Source of the DNA: Patescibacteria group bacterium | GTDB taxonomy: Bacteria; Patescibacteriota; Microgenomatia; UBA12405; JAHJSD01 | NCBI GenBank assembly: GCA_018830585.1 | Contig: JAHJSD010000024.1 | Location: 1 to 40,440, forward strand | Reading direction: 5' to 3' | Length of the DNA: 40,440 nt | Shown: piece by piece, positions 26,321-35,888 of the stretch | Layout: each line of letters begins with the position of its first letter | How positions within the stretch are numbered: the first letter of the stretch is position 1 | Position numbers and translations under genes: made by a program | Notes under the pieces: generated by a model | Seen by the model: only the letters and a program-made list of their open reading frames with translations | Told to the model about the DNA's origin: nothing | The model's database searches: none

Positions 26321-26873
26321 CGTCTCCCTCCTTGAAACTGATTAAAAACTGTACTTTCATGCCGGCAATACCCTGCTCTCTCTCAACAGTGCCAATTCTG
26401 ACTTTATTGATAGTTTCTTTTGCAAGGAGTCTATCTACAAAAGCGGCCAAACTGGACTCCGAAGAAATGGTTGTCGATAAAGAAACTTCCTGTCCCTCTA
26501 TGTTTTCACTAAAACTATAGTTTGAAACTAAAATATCCGGCGGCAGGCTTTCAACTATCAAGTCAAGGGGAGATAGAGGCTGAATATCCTTTTTCAAAAA
26601 GCGGTCAACTGAGGACAATCTTGATTGAAAAAGACGGAACTCCTCTTCAAAATCGTTGATACTGGAAATTATCGCCTGACGCTGTCTGATTTCTTCGGAA
26701 AGGTCCGAATCTTTTCTATCAAGCCAAAACCGGGACAAAAAAGCTCCGATAACAATCAGCTCGGTGAAAACTACAATATACCTGCCTGTCGATAAAATCC
26801 AATTAACTAACTTTCCCAAAATCGTTCCCTGGAGTGCCGTTCTCGGTAGTAAAGAAACATCCCTCTCTGTCAT
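26313..26873 (-). CDS. pilN: PilN-like type IV pilus alignment protein
   Basis: VSLLP N-terminus (INLLP-like), TM, coiled coil, LP.DI.... Confidence 0.7.
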   Translation of the reverse strand: MTERDVSLLPRTALQGTILGKLVNWILSTGRYIVVFTELIVIGAFLSRFWLDRKDSDLSEEIRQRQAIISSINDFEEEFRLFQSRLSSVDRFLKKDIQPLSPLDLIVESLPPDILVSNYSFSENIEGQEVSLSTTISSESSLAAFVDRLLAKETINKVRIGTVEREQGIAGMKVQFLISFKEGDDA

Positions 26874-26969
26874 TTTATTCAGTATATTAAAGTTAGAATG
26901 TTATGTAAACCCCCTGTTTGAAAGAGGAAGACTGTTGGTTCTTTAACGATAGAAATGGAGCCGAAATAT

Positions 26970-27084
26970 TATGGAGCCCCACAGGTACCTCGTCCTTCCG
27001 TAGCCCTGCCTGCCGGTTTACCTGTCTGCCGACAGGCAGGCCCGCCGAAATGGAGGGCAGGCAGGTTTTCTTGGTTCATGTATA
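26970..27084. mobile_element. Family A element carrying nested E palindromes
   Basis: TATG-GAGCCCC...GGTTTTCTTGGTTCATG-TATA with CCTGCCTGCC (27005) and CCTGTCTGCCGACAGGCAGG (27021-27040) inside. Confidence 0.75.
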
Positions 27085-27278
27085 AGTTGATCACTCATTT
27101 ACGTCGATCAATGTAAATAAGTGACTCACTACAGGAAGCCGCGTCAACGCCAGTCCGGCCGAGGTAACCGGAACTATCCGGATAAGAGCCTTCCGGCCGG
27201 ATGTGTCTAAAATTGGTTGCGCCGAATCGAAAAAAACGGGCAAGGCAAAAATAATTGCCAAAGCGGGTTAATCGGATT

Positions 27279-28934
27279 TTATTCCGGATTCGGAGGCAAC
27301 TCCACTAATGGAGGGGCCGATTTCGGCCAGACAAAAAGGCTGTTCATTAATTTAAGCATCTTTCCCGCCTCTTTTATTTTTAAAAATAAAGAAAGGAGAA
27401 AGTAAGATAAAGAGCCCCCAAAAATACTCAGTCCAAAAAGAACCGCCAAACCGACTATCCTGCTGGTATCTAAAAAGCGCTGGTCAAGGCCTTTTAACAA
27501 AAACCAGGCAACCGCGCCGGAAAGGATACCGGCAAAAAGCATTTTAAAAAGGGGCAGAAATAAATCATTAATCAATCCCTCTATCTTTATCCGTCCGATC
27601 ATTATTAACATCAAAATAGACATCTGGGAAAAGCCGGCTACGGTGATCGCCAAGGCCAAGCCGGAAGTGCCGAAACCAAGAATAAAAGTGGTATACAAAG
27701 CAATTCCTGTGTTAACTACTAAAGAAAAAAGAGAAACAAAAAGCGGGGTTTTGGTGTCCTGAAGAGCGTAAAAACCCCGGATTAAGATATCGTTTATAGT
27801 ATTAAAAACTACTAAAGGGGCGAAAAAGGCCACCACTCTCCCTGTTGCCACCGTCGCTTTCCAGGGAAACTTCTCCGCTCCATAGGCAATTCTGACAATC
27901 GGCACTCTTAGAACTAAAAGCAGCGCTGCCGCAGGAAAAGCAAAATAAGCCGCCTGGAGCAAAGAAGAGAGGAGTGTTTGCCTAAACAAATCAAAACGCT
28001 TTGCTCCGACTTCCTTGGAAAGAACAGGCAGAGAAGCCTGACCAATGGTAGTACCGAAAATCCTCGAGGAAAAATGTGTCAGTCTCTGGGCCAGATAGAA
28101 TAAAGATAAAGATCCGGCAGGCAAGGAAGTGGCCAGAAAAAGGGCTACCGTTTCGCCTATCTCTCCTAACCCCAAAGCCAAGGTGCGGGGCAGCATCAAC
28201 CTAAGAATTTTTCTGACTCCGGGCAAATTAAAAGAAAGCAAAAAAGAATATTTAAAACCCAGCGCGCTCGATAGGGGCAATTGAACTAAAAGATGCAACG
28301 CCGCTCCGATAACTACACCCAAGGCCGGACCGAAAATTCCCAGCTTAGGCGATAAAAACAAAATCCCGAAAATAATTCCTAAATTATAGACAATTGGAGA
28401 GAGAGCTGGTATTAAAAAACGCTGGAAGCTTTGAAGGATCCCTGTCAAAAAGTTGCTCATTAAAAAAAACAGCTGAGACAGAACCATTAGTTTGGTCAGC
28501 TGACTCATCAAAAAAACCTGATAATTGCTAAAACCGGAGGTAATCAGATCGGAAAGGGGATAGGAAAAAACCACCAACAAAATGGAAAGGCCGAAAAAAA
28601 TCAAAAAAAGGGCGGTAATTACCGCCGAAGCGGTCTGATAGGCTCTGGTTTTGCTTTTTACTAACTGCTCACTGAAAACAGGGATAAATGCGGCCGATAG
28701 CGCCCCGGTGACCAAAAGCCTGAAAATTATGTCCGGTAAACGGAAAGCGGCGTTATAAGCGTCAAGCTGGTCAGCGCAGCAGGAATAGAACCTGGCATAA
28801 AGCAGGCGGTCTCTGAGGATGCCTAATAACGCCGAGGCGCCAAAAGCGGAGGCCAAAATAAGGGCGGCCGAAAAAATACTCGTTTGCCGCCGAGAAAAAA
28901 GTTTGGAACCGTTACCTACCAGCGCTTTAATCAT
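27279..28934 (-). CDS. murJ: Lipid II flippase MurJ
   Basis: LG..RD, DAYNAAFRLPD, GALSAAFIPVF, RGFYALQDTKTP. Confidence 0.95.
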   Translation of the reverse strand: MIKALVGNGSKLFSRRQTSIFSAALILASAFGASALLGILRDRLLYARFYSCCADQLDAYNAAFRLPDIIFRLLVTGALSAAFIPVFSEQLVKSKTRAYQTASAVITALFLIFFGLSILLVVFSYPLSDLITSGFSNYQVFLMSQLTKLMVLSQLFFLMSNFLTGILQSFQRFLIPALSPIVYNLGIIFGILFLSPKLGIFGPALGVVIGAALHLLVQLPLSSALGFKYSFLLSFNLPGVRKILRLMLPRTLALGLGEIGETVALFLATSLPAGSLSLFYLAQRLTHFSSRIFGTTIGQASLPVLSKEVGAKRFDLFRQTLLSSLLQAAYFAFPAAALLLVLRVPIVRIAYGAEKFPWKATVATGRVVAFFAPLVVFNTINDILIRGFYALQDTKTPLFVSLFSLVVNTGIALYTTFILGFGTSGLALAITVAGFSQMSILMLIMIGRIKIEGLINDLFLPLFKMLFAGILSGAVAWFLLKGLDQRFLDTSRIVGLAVLFGLSIFGGSLSYFLLSLFLKIKEAGKMLKLMNSLFVWPKSAPPLVELPPNPE

Positions 28935-29016
28935 TTAAAAAACATTTCAAGTATAACAACTCCTTGCCAGCCCAACAACTAAATGCTAAAATCTGATGAA
29001 GTTTCTGACGAAATTC

Positions 29017-29139
29017 AATCAACTGGTTTCAAAACCCTTTACGCCATTGCGAGGAGTGTTAATGACGCGGCAATCTATCTTTAAAAACAAGATCGCCACA
29101 CTCGCTTCACTCGTTCGCGATCACTTTTGAAACAGGTTC
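29017..29139. mobile_element. MITE-like element, family D, copy 1
   Basis: Near-identical to 34383-34505; terminal IR GTTTCAAAA/TTTTGAAAC; internal CATTGCGAGGAG..GCAATCT..AGATCGCCAC. Confidence 0.85.
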
Positions 29140-29183
29140 TATCTTTAATTTTTCACTTTTAATTTTTAATTTAAATAGCTACT

Positions 29184-29507
29184 GTGCCAATTACTACATC
29201 AGCCAAAAAAGCGGTCAGAAGTTCGCGGAAAAAAGCCGTGGTAAACCGGAGATCAAAAACTATCGCCAAAAAAGCGGTCCGGGTTTTTAAAAAAACCCCC
29301 AATAAAGACAACCTTAAAAAGGTTTACTCCGCGATAGACAAATTGGTGAAAAAAAAGATTCTCCATCAAAACAAGGCCGGCCGGGTAAAAAGTAAATTAG
29401 CCAAAACGATAGCCCAAGAGCCAAAAAAAGCCGCTTCTGCCTCTCCTAAGAAAAAAGCGCCGGGAAAAAGGTCCTCCGGTGCTAAAAAAATGGCAAAAAA
29501 GAGTTGA
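29184..29507 (+). CDS. rpsT: 30S ribosomal protein S20 with a Lys/Ala-rich tail
   Basis: MPITTSAKKAVR...N, IDK..KK.ILH.NKA.R.KS.L. Confidence 0.95.
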   Translation: MPITTSAKKAVRSSRKKAVVNRRSKTIAKKAVRVFKKTPNKDNLKKVYSAIDKLVKKKILHQNKAGRVKSKLAKTIAQEPKKAASASPKKKAPGKRSSGAKKMAKKS

Positions 29508-29535
29508 AGGTTCTTTTGCCGAGTCCAGTTTGTCC

Positions 29536-30954
29536 GTGAACAAAAAAACTTTCTATATCACCACACCAATCTATTATGTTAACGATGTACCCCACATCGG
29601 TCACACTTCTACCACCATTTTTGCCGATATTATTGCCCGATATCATAAGGAATTAGGAAAAGAGGTTTTTTTTCTTACCGGCACCGACGAGCACGGAGCC
29701 AAAATCGCTCAGGCCGCCGAAAAAGCCGGTCTTTCGCCAAAGGAGTTCTGCGATTCAATTGCGCCCCGGTTTGAGAAAATTTGGAAAAGGCTAAATATCA
29801 GCAACGAATTCTTTATCAGAACCACCAACCCAAAGCACAAAAAAGTAGTTCAAGAACTGATTAATAAAATTTATCAAAAAGGAGATATTTATAAAAGCGT
29901 CTACCAAGGCCTTTACTGTATTGGTTGCGAAAAATTTTTGACCGAATCCGACTTGGAAAACGGTCATTGTCCGCTGCATCCTCCGGAGCAAACCGTTGAG
30001 CAGAAAGAAGAAAACTGGTTTTTTAAATTATCAAAATATATTCCTCAACTAATTAAGCTTATTGAAGATGACGATACCAATTACATTTTTCCTGAAGGCA
30101 AAAGACAAGAAGTATTATCAAAACTAAAAGCGGGTGTTCATGATATTTCTTTCTCCCGGGCTAATGTTAAATGGGGAATCCCTATTCTGTGGGATAAAAC
30201 TCAAACAATCTATGTTTGGGTGGACGCGCTGATTAACTATTATAGCGCCACTGTCTTTCTGCCCGGGAAAGAGAAATTCTGGCCGGCAAACATCCATCTT
30301 TTGGCTAAAGAGATTCTCTGGTTCCACACCGTTATCTGGCAGGCAATGTTAATGGCCGCCGGCTTGCCTTTACCCCATAAAACCTTTACTCACAGCTTTT
30401 ATATTATGGATGACAAGAAAATGTCCAAGTCTTTGGGGAATTTAATCAAACCGGAGGAAATGATTAAGCTATTTGGTATCGATGCCAGCCGTTACTTAGT
30501 GGCCAGTTCCCTGCCGTTAGAAAACGACACCAATGTCAGTATCGATCGGTTCAAACAAAAATATAACGCCGATTTGGCCAACGGATTAGGAAACCTGGTT
30601 TCCAGAACCGCCAAGCTATCCCAAAAAAACAATTTCAAGTTGAAAGGCGAATTTAAACCAAAGTTCATTAAAAAAGCCGCCGAAGCGCTCAATGCGCTTA
30701 ACCCGCCAAAAGCGCTGGAGGTGATCTGGAACGAATCCGAAAGTGGAGTCAGCGCCACCAACAAGCTTTTCAATGACAAAAAAATCTGGGAGCTTAAAGG
30801 AGAAAAATTAGAAAATGCTTTAGAAAAAGTAGTCGCCAACCTGCTCACCATTGCCTACAACCTTAAACCCTTTATGCCGAAAACCAGTAAAAAAATAGAG
30901 GCTACTTTCCTAAAAGGAGAAAAACTTGCTAAACCCTTGTTTCCAAGAATCTGA
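29536..30954 (+). CDS. metG: Methionyl-tRNA synthetase, short form; GTG 29536 is the likely start
   Basis: FYITTPIYYVN..PHIGH, GTDEHG, C..CE, YVWVDALINY, KMSKSLGN. Confidence 0.97.
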   Translation: MNKKTFYITTPIYYVNDVPHIGHTSTTIFADIIARYHKELGKEVFFLTGTDEHGAKIAQAAEKAGLSPKEFCDSIAPRFEKIWKRLNISNEFFIRTTNPKHKKVVQELINKIYQKGDIYKSVYQGLYCIGCEKFLTESDLENGHCPLHPPEQTVEQKEENWFFKLSKYIPQLIKLIEDDDTNYIFPEGKRQEVLSKLKAGVHDISFSRANVKWGIPILWDKTQTIYVWVDALINYYSATVFLPGKEKFWPANIHLLAKEILWFHTVIWQAMLMAAGLPLPHKTFTHSFYIMDDKKMSKSLGNLIKPEEMIKLFGIDASRYLVASSLPLENDTNVSIDRFKQKYNADLANGLGNLVSRTAKLSQKNNFKLKGEFKPKFIKKAAEALNALNPPKALEVIWNESESGVSATNKLFNDKKIWELKGEKLENALEKVVANLLTIAYNLKPFMPKTSKKIEATFLKGEKLAKPLFPRI

Positions 30955-31147
30955 TCTTGACCAGTCTCCGGCCCTCCATTGATAGCGTGATAGAGCCAAT
31001 TTGGATAAGCTAAACGAGCATGTCTCGGCACTAATTAATGATAGTTTAATCAGGATTAGGCCGTCAATTAGGGATTTTGTATGTACGTCCCTGTTTATGT
31101 TTACTATTTAAGGCATCCGATGAGCTAAAATCTGGTAAAATATTCTT

Positions 31148-31576
31148 GTGTTAGTTAAATTTTTCAAAACAGGTCTCTTTAAGATAGTCCTTATAAACCT
31201 TCTGCTGGCTCTAATCGCTTTTATAATTACTTTACCCACTACTAATAAAGCAAAAGAACTTGCCCAAAAAATGGGGGTGAAATATTATGACCAAGAGTCT
31301 TTAAGAGAGGAGATAAAACTGCTTAGCCGAGAAGACATGTGTCTATCAAAAGTATATGAACCACTTAGAAAAAAACGCGATTTTTTCTCTTGCAGAAGTT
31401 CTGGCGGCGATCTTGGCCTTTATAGAAGATCAGCCATAAATATCCAAAGCAAGGATACCAATAAAGGAAGATTCTTTTGTTTTACCGTTTATAAAAAAGG
31501 GCAATGCGAAAGACTTGGAGGAGTTTTTTATCAACATTACAATCCCTGTTATTGTTTGGTTCCACATGATTTCTAA
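31148..31576 (+). CDS. Hypothetical membrane-anchored Cys-containing protein
   Basis: N-terminal TM, 6 Cys; TGGTAAAAT 6 nt before GTG. Confidence 0.6.
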   Translation: MLVKFFKTGLFKIVLINLLLALIAFIITLPTTNKAKELAQKMGVKYYDQESLREEIKLLSREDMCLSKVYEPLRKKRDFFSCRSSGGDLGLYRRSAINIQSKDTNKGRFFCFTVYKKGQCERLGGVFYQHYNPCYCLVPHDF

Positions 31577-32036
31577 ACTACGATTTTTTGGTTTAGTGGT
31601 TCTTTTCTTTGTCGCTTTGCGCTGGGGACTCGTCTTTGCTCTAGATATCCCTCGAGAAATTGGTTTTATGGACTCAAGGTACAGTCATAATACCATTGTT
31701 TGGACCATCTTCAAGGCCATTTCTTTACTACTCTGGGGAAGTTTTTTTGGTTACAAGGTTATTGAAAATATTAAAAAATCGTCTAATAAATGGCTGCTAA
31801 TCGGGCTTGCTATATTTGCTATGGTGGGAACTTACTTTATGATCATGTTTATCGACATTCCTTTTAAGTTAGTATCTTGTATCGCTAATCGTAACCCTTA
31901 TTCGTGTTACTCAATTAGGCTGTCGGCAGGAGTGGACTGCAGGGGACTAGGGAGAGCAATAAGATCTCCTCTTTTAAGACTACTTGATCCTTTCGAAATG
32001 AGAATATTAATATTTGGAACCCATTGCGTTTTTTAA
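31566..32036 (+). CDS. Hypothetical membrane protein with about 3 TM; ATG 31566 is the likely start
   Basis: Three hydrophobic segments and a Cys-containing C-terminus; overlaps the upstream ORF end. Confidence 0.6.
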   Translation: MISKLRFFGLVVLFFVALRWGLVFALDIPREIGFMDSRYSHNTIVWTIFKAISLLLWGSFFGYKVIENIKKSSNKWLLIGLAIFAMVGTYFMIMFIDIPFKLVSCIANRNPYSCYSIRLSAGVDCRGLGRAIRSPLLRLLDPFEMRILIFGTHCVF

Positions 32037-32226
32037 AGATTAGCTCTTAGATGACGGTAAAACCTCTCTTGTCAGCTGTCTATTTTTAAAATAGTCCAGT
32101 CTACTCAAGTCTCCCCTGCCCAAAACTACTTCTTTTACCCAATCCTTAGTGGTTCTATCAGTGTTGTACCAGGGGAGCAAGATAGGACGGGGCTATCTGA
32201 AAAGATGCGATCTTATTTCCCGATAA

Positions 32227-32602
32227 AATCCGAAAACGGAGTCGCCGCTACTAATAAACTTTTCAATGATAAGAAAATCTGGGAGCTGAAAGGAGAAAAT
32301 ACGAGTTTCGCACTTGCGCACTATAACTGTCATTACTAAGGAGCGCCAGCGACCGCGGCAATCTCGGTTCATTTGCCGCCAGATCGCCACGCTCTCCCGA
32401 TCGAATCGGGATCGCTCGCGATGACAGAAAGTGCGAAACTTATGGAGAAATTAGAAAATGCTTTAGAAAAAGTGGTTGGCAATCTGCTCACCATCGCCCA
32501 CAACCTAAAGCCGTTCATGCCGGAAACCAGTAGAAAAATAGAGGCTACTTTCCTAAAAGGAGAAAAACTCGCTAAGCCCTTGTTTCCAAGAATTTGATCT
32601 TG
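32227..32602 (+). pseudogene. metG: Second, diverged copy of the metG 3' end, interrupted by a palindromic element
   Basis: Aligns to 30734-30959 (SENGVAATNKLFNDKKIWELKGE...EKLENALEKVV...KPLFPRI*). Confidence 0.93.
32304..32440. mobile_element. MITE-like insert with 12-bp TIR and a family D-like core
   Basis: AGTTTCGCACTT / AAGTGCGAAACT; GTCATT..GCGGCAATCT..AGATCGCCAC..CGCGATGAC. Confidence 0.8.
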
Positions 32603-32644
32603 TTCCAATTGATTTCTTCGGTTGCTGGCGTGCTATAATAAAGA

Positions 32645-33004
32645 ATGATCTCGGGGTTTTTGGACAGATTTTCGGAGGGAAGAAGATGGGCACAAGAGTA
32701 TGCATCGGCCGTTAAATTTCTTCAAACTGCTGACCAGCTAATGCTGATACAAGTTCGTTCTGTTGTGCACCCAGGTTATTACCGTGGGCTCGTTGCAGAA
32801 CTAAAGGCCCCATACCCGTTTGTCCAAGCCAGGGGCCAGTCAAGACTCACCAGAACAGTAATAATATTGAGAGCGGAAGGCGCAATTCCCCCAGCCAGGG
32901 AAACTTGTCAAGAAGCCAAAAAGATTGCTTCTCTGCCCGGAAGGAAACTAAGAGAAGAAGCGCTTCAGGCTTATCAAAGGAGATTAACCCCCCCCGTTCG
33001 GTAA
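32645..33004 (+). CDS. Hypothetical protein
   Basis: 119-aa ORF; TGCTATAAT 5 nt before ATG. Confidence 0.6.
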   Translation: MISGFLDRFSEGRRWAQEYASAVKFLQTADQLMLIQVRSVVHPGYYRGLVAELKAPYPFVQARGQSRLTRTVIILRAEGAIPPARETCQEAKKIASLPGRKLREEALQAYQRRLTPPVR

Positions 33005-33125
33005 AAAAGCCTAATAAACTTCCTTAGGCCTAATAGGCCAAAGTTTTCGCTATCTTGAATGAAATCCATCCTTTCAATCTTTAGGGCCTAAAAACCGCTA
33101 CTATTATGTTGTAATATTTATCAAG

Positions 33126-33893
33126 ATGACAGAAGAAGCAATGGGCGACGTTGGCCAAAGAATAATCGTCAATCCGGGCAATCTAAATCCCCGTGCAGCA
33201 GAGCCTCTTCCGATTGTAGTCGGAGAATCTTTTCCAGTTTCCAAGGAGGCGCAAAGACTGGTCGAGGCGGGGAGCCACGCTGATTATGGAATATTTTTTG
33301 ACCCTAAAAACCCGCTGGCGAAAAAGAGGGTAGGAGCTTTTTATGATGTTGAACAAAATAATGTGGTGATTATCGTTCCCATCCCAGGCGCAATTACTCA
33401 CGAAATCACCCACGCAAAAGTAAATAATCTCTCTTACGCGGACCAGTCACAATTAGTGCATGAAGTATTCGCAGACAAAGAAAAAGGCTTAGAGACTCTT
33501 TACCGACAACTGGCGAAAACCAGCCCCATTTATAAAATCTCTTTGGGCGGGGATAAAGATTACCTTGACCAACTAGACGCCCGCAGAGTTCAAACAGGCC
33601 ATGGTGCTTGCTACCGGGCAACATTTTCCGCCTGGCAAAATGACTCTTTGGTGCCGGTTTCTGCCATCGCCGTTATTGACGAGCTGCTTGCTTATAACAA
33701 TGATCCGGACGCGGCAATGACTTCGTTTGGAAAGACCGCCAGAGAAATAATCCAAAACTTAGAACCGGAAAAGAGAAGACAGCTAAAAGAAATGGACTTA
33801 ATCGGTTTCTCGCCAAAGAAAATAATTGAAATAATTAAAAAGCTCCTCCAAGCCAAAAGCGGCTCGGGAAAGCCAGAGATAAACTTACTTTAG
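33126..33893 (+). CDS. Hypothetical protein with an HExxH zincin-like motif
   Basis: AITHEITHA plus downstream DELLAY. Confidence 0.6.
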   Translation: MTEEAMGDVGQRIIVNPGNLNPRAAEPLPIVVGESFPVSKEAQRLVEAGSHADYGIFFDPKNPLAKKRVGAFYDVEQNNVVIIVPIPGAITHEITHAKVNNLSYADQSQLVHEVFADKEKGLETLYRQLAKTSPIYKISLGGDKDYLDQLDARRVQTGHGACYRATFSAWQNDSLVPVSAIAVIDELLAYNNDPDAAMTSFGKTAREIIQNLEPEKRRQLKEMDLIGFSPKKIIEIIKKLLQAKSGSGKPEINLL

Positions 33894-34002
33894 AGACAGC
33901 CTCCGGCAGATTTAGCAGTGAGCTTATTGAATTGTTTAAGATTAAAGGCCCGTCGAAAATTTTTCCTGACTCTCCCCAGCCCTTTCGACGATAATTCGCT
34001 CG

Positions 34003-34386
34003 ATTCTTCTCGATGTTACTCGAAGAATAAAGTCGGAGTCAACACTCCTTTCGGGATTGTCAAATTGCTGATTCCACGGGGATTCTTCACCCGACGTAAC
34101 GTCGGGATCAGAATGACGGAGAAAGTGGGCTTTCGCTTTCTTGGAATAAATAGCCAAAAGTGAAGATGGTCGAATAGTCAGATCGTCAAATAGTCAGACT
34201 GTTGAATTGTTAAACCAATGTTTAACGAGTGGATAAAAATATTTACTGTTCGAGCCTGCCTGCCTGCCGGCAGGCAGGTCGAGAACCATCCTTTAAACGA
34301 ATTCTTCTCGACTCGAGTTTACCCTGAGTTTACCGAAGGGCTCGAAGAATAACCGGTCTAAAATCGTAAATCATAAATCTTAAATC
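34003..34386. repeat. Cluster of palindromic micro-repeats and 7/8-bp tandem repeats
   Basis: ATTCTTCTCGA..CTCGAAGAATAA twice, half C unit 34078-34118, E 34255-34278, (GTCRRAYN)n 34169-34208, (CNTAAAT)n near 34365-34386. Confidence 0.75.
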
Positions 34387-34505
34387 AACTGGTTTCAAAA
34401 CTCTTTACGTCATTGCGAGGAGTGTTAACGACGCGGCAATCTATCTTTAAAAACAAGATCGCCACACTCGCTTCACTCGTTCGCGATGACTTTTGAAACA
34501 GGCTC
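34383..34505. mobile_element. MITE-like element, family D, copy 2
   Basis: Near-identical to 29017-29139. Confidence 0.85.
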
Positions 34506-34583
34506 AATGTTAGTGTTTAATTCAGGATCCCCTAACCGCTCTTTCTTGTTAGAAATTTTCCGGCAACATGCTAGACTGAATTA

Positions 34584-35888
34584 GTGATCGAAACCCTCTT
34601 CAATACCAGCCTCTGGGGAGACGAAGCTTTCAGCGCGATAGCTTGTCAAAAACCGTTCCTGTCGATGATGCAAGTAGTCTTTAAAGACACCTCGCCACCG
34701 CTGATGTACTTAATTATGTGGCTTTGGTTCAGAATCTTCGGCTCCTCGGAAATAGCCATCAGAAGCCTATCTTTGCTTTTTTATTTAGGAACAACTTTGG
34801 TGGTTTATTTAATCGGTAAAAAACTTTTTGATGTTAAAACCGGTATCATCGCCAGCCTGCTGACCTTTTTTAACCCTTTCCTTTTCCCCTATGCTTTTGA
34901 AGGAAGAATGTATTTCTGTCTGCTGTTTTTTGTCGTCCTTTCGTTTTATTTTCTGGTTTCCGAAAAAAAGACCGGCTATATTCTAAGCGCCGCGGCGGCG
35001 CTTTATTGCCATCATTTTGCCATCTTAGCCGTTTTTTCCCAATTTATTTACCAAGCAATTAAAGTTAAAAAGTTAAATTCCAAAAGTATCAGGGGGGTAG
35101 TCAAGCCGTACCTGTTTATCGCTCTTTTATACCTGCCCTGGATCTACCCTCTCTATCGGCAAACCAAATTGGTTGCCGGAGGGTTCTGGTTAGGAAAACC
35201 GGAATTAAAAGACCTGATAGGAATTTTCTATCACTTTTTAACTCACGAGATAGTCATCAAAGCCCAGAATTTTATTATTATTTTGGCCGCCGCCCTTTTA
35301 GCCCTAAGAAAGTGGCGGAAAAAAGAAATTGCCGACGATCTGTTTTTATTAAGCTGGGCGATACTCCCAGTCTTATTGGCTTTTTTAATTTCCCAAACAA
35401 AACTTTCCATATTCTACGAACGCTATCTCTTGTACTCCGTGCCGCCGATTATGCTGCTTTTGTCTTCAAAAACCAGGAAAATCTCAATCCCTCTGCTCGG
35501 CTTCATCCTGTTAATTTTTATCACCGTTTCCTGGCACTATTTTAGCCACCCGTTTAAGCGGCCGTTTAGGGAATTCGCCGGCTGGGTAAAAAATAACGTT
35601 TCGGCTGACACTTTTATTGCCAATTACAACGGCGGTTCGCATCACCTTTGGGAAACAAAATATTACGGAATTGAAGCGCCGATCTATCTGCCCGAAGGGA
35701 AGTTGCCTTTCTTCGTCGGCACCGCCCAAATGGGACCGGAAGACACTATCCGTAAATTTCCCCAAGAGAGGCCGATTGGGTTGATAAGCAGCGAGGACCC
35801 GGACAACATCAAAATCACTGATTATTGGATTACCGGATACCACAAAGTTGGTTCTCTCTATTTTGTAAGCCTGATCAAAGAGCAATGA
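34584..35888 (+). CDS. GT-C glycosyltransferase (PMT-like)
   Basis: SLWGDEAFS, D..PPL.Y, E.RMY, ERY; many TMs. Confidence 0.88.
   Translation: MIETLFNTSLWGDEAFSAIACQKPFLSMMQVVFKDTSPPLMYLIMWLWFRIFGSSEIAIRSLSLLFYLGTTLVVYLIGKKLFDVKTGIIASLLTFFNPFLFPYAFEGRMYFCLLFFVVLSFYFLVSEKKTGYILSAAAALYCHHFAILAVFSQFIYQAIKVKKLNSKSIRGVVKPYLFIALLYLPWIYPLYRQTKLVAGGFWLGKPELKDLIGIFYHFLTHEIVIKAQNFIIILAAALLALRKWRKKEIADDLFLLSWAILPVLLAFLISQTKLSIFYERYLLYSVPPIMLLLSSKTRKISIPLLGFILLIFITVSWHYFSHPFKRPFREFAGWVKNNVSADTFIANYNGGSHHLWETKYYGIEAPIYLPEGKLPFFVGTAQMGPEDTIRKFPQERPIGLISSEDPDNIKITDYWITGYHKVGSLYFVSLIKEQ

Noticed and set aside
28993..29013. Second hammerhead-like string CTGATGAAGTTTCTGACGAAA
   Set aside because: It needs an extra A and a weak 3-bp stem II, and I could not find stems I and III
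32373..32597. 74-aa ORF as a real gene
   Set aside because: The start lies within the inserted palindromic element and the rest is the duplicated metG tail
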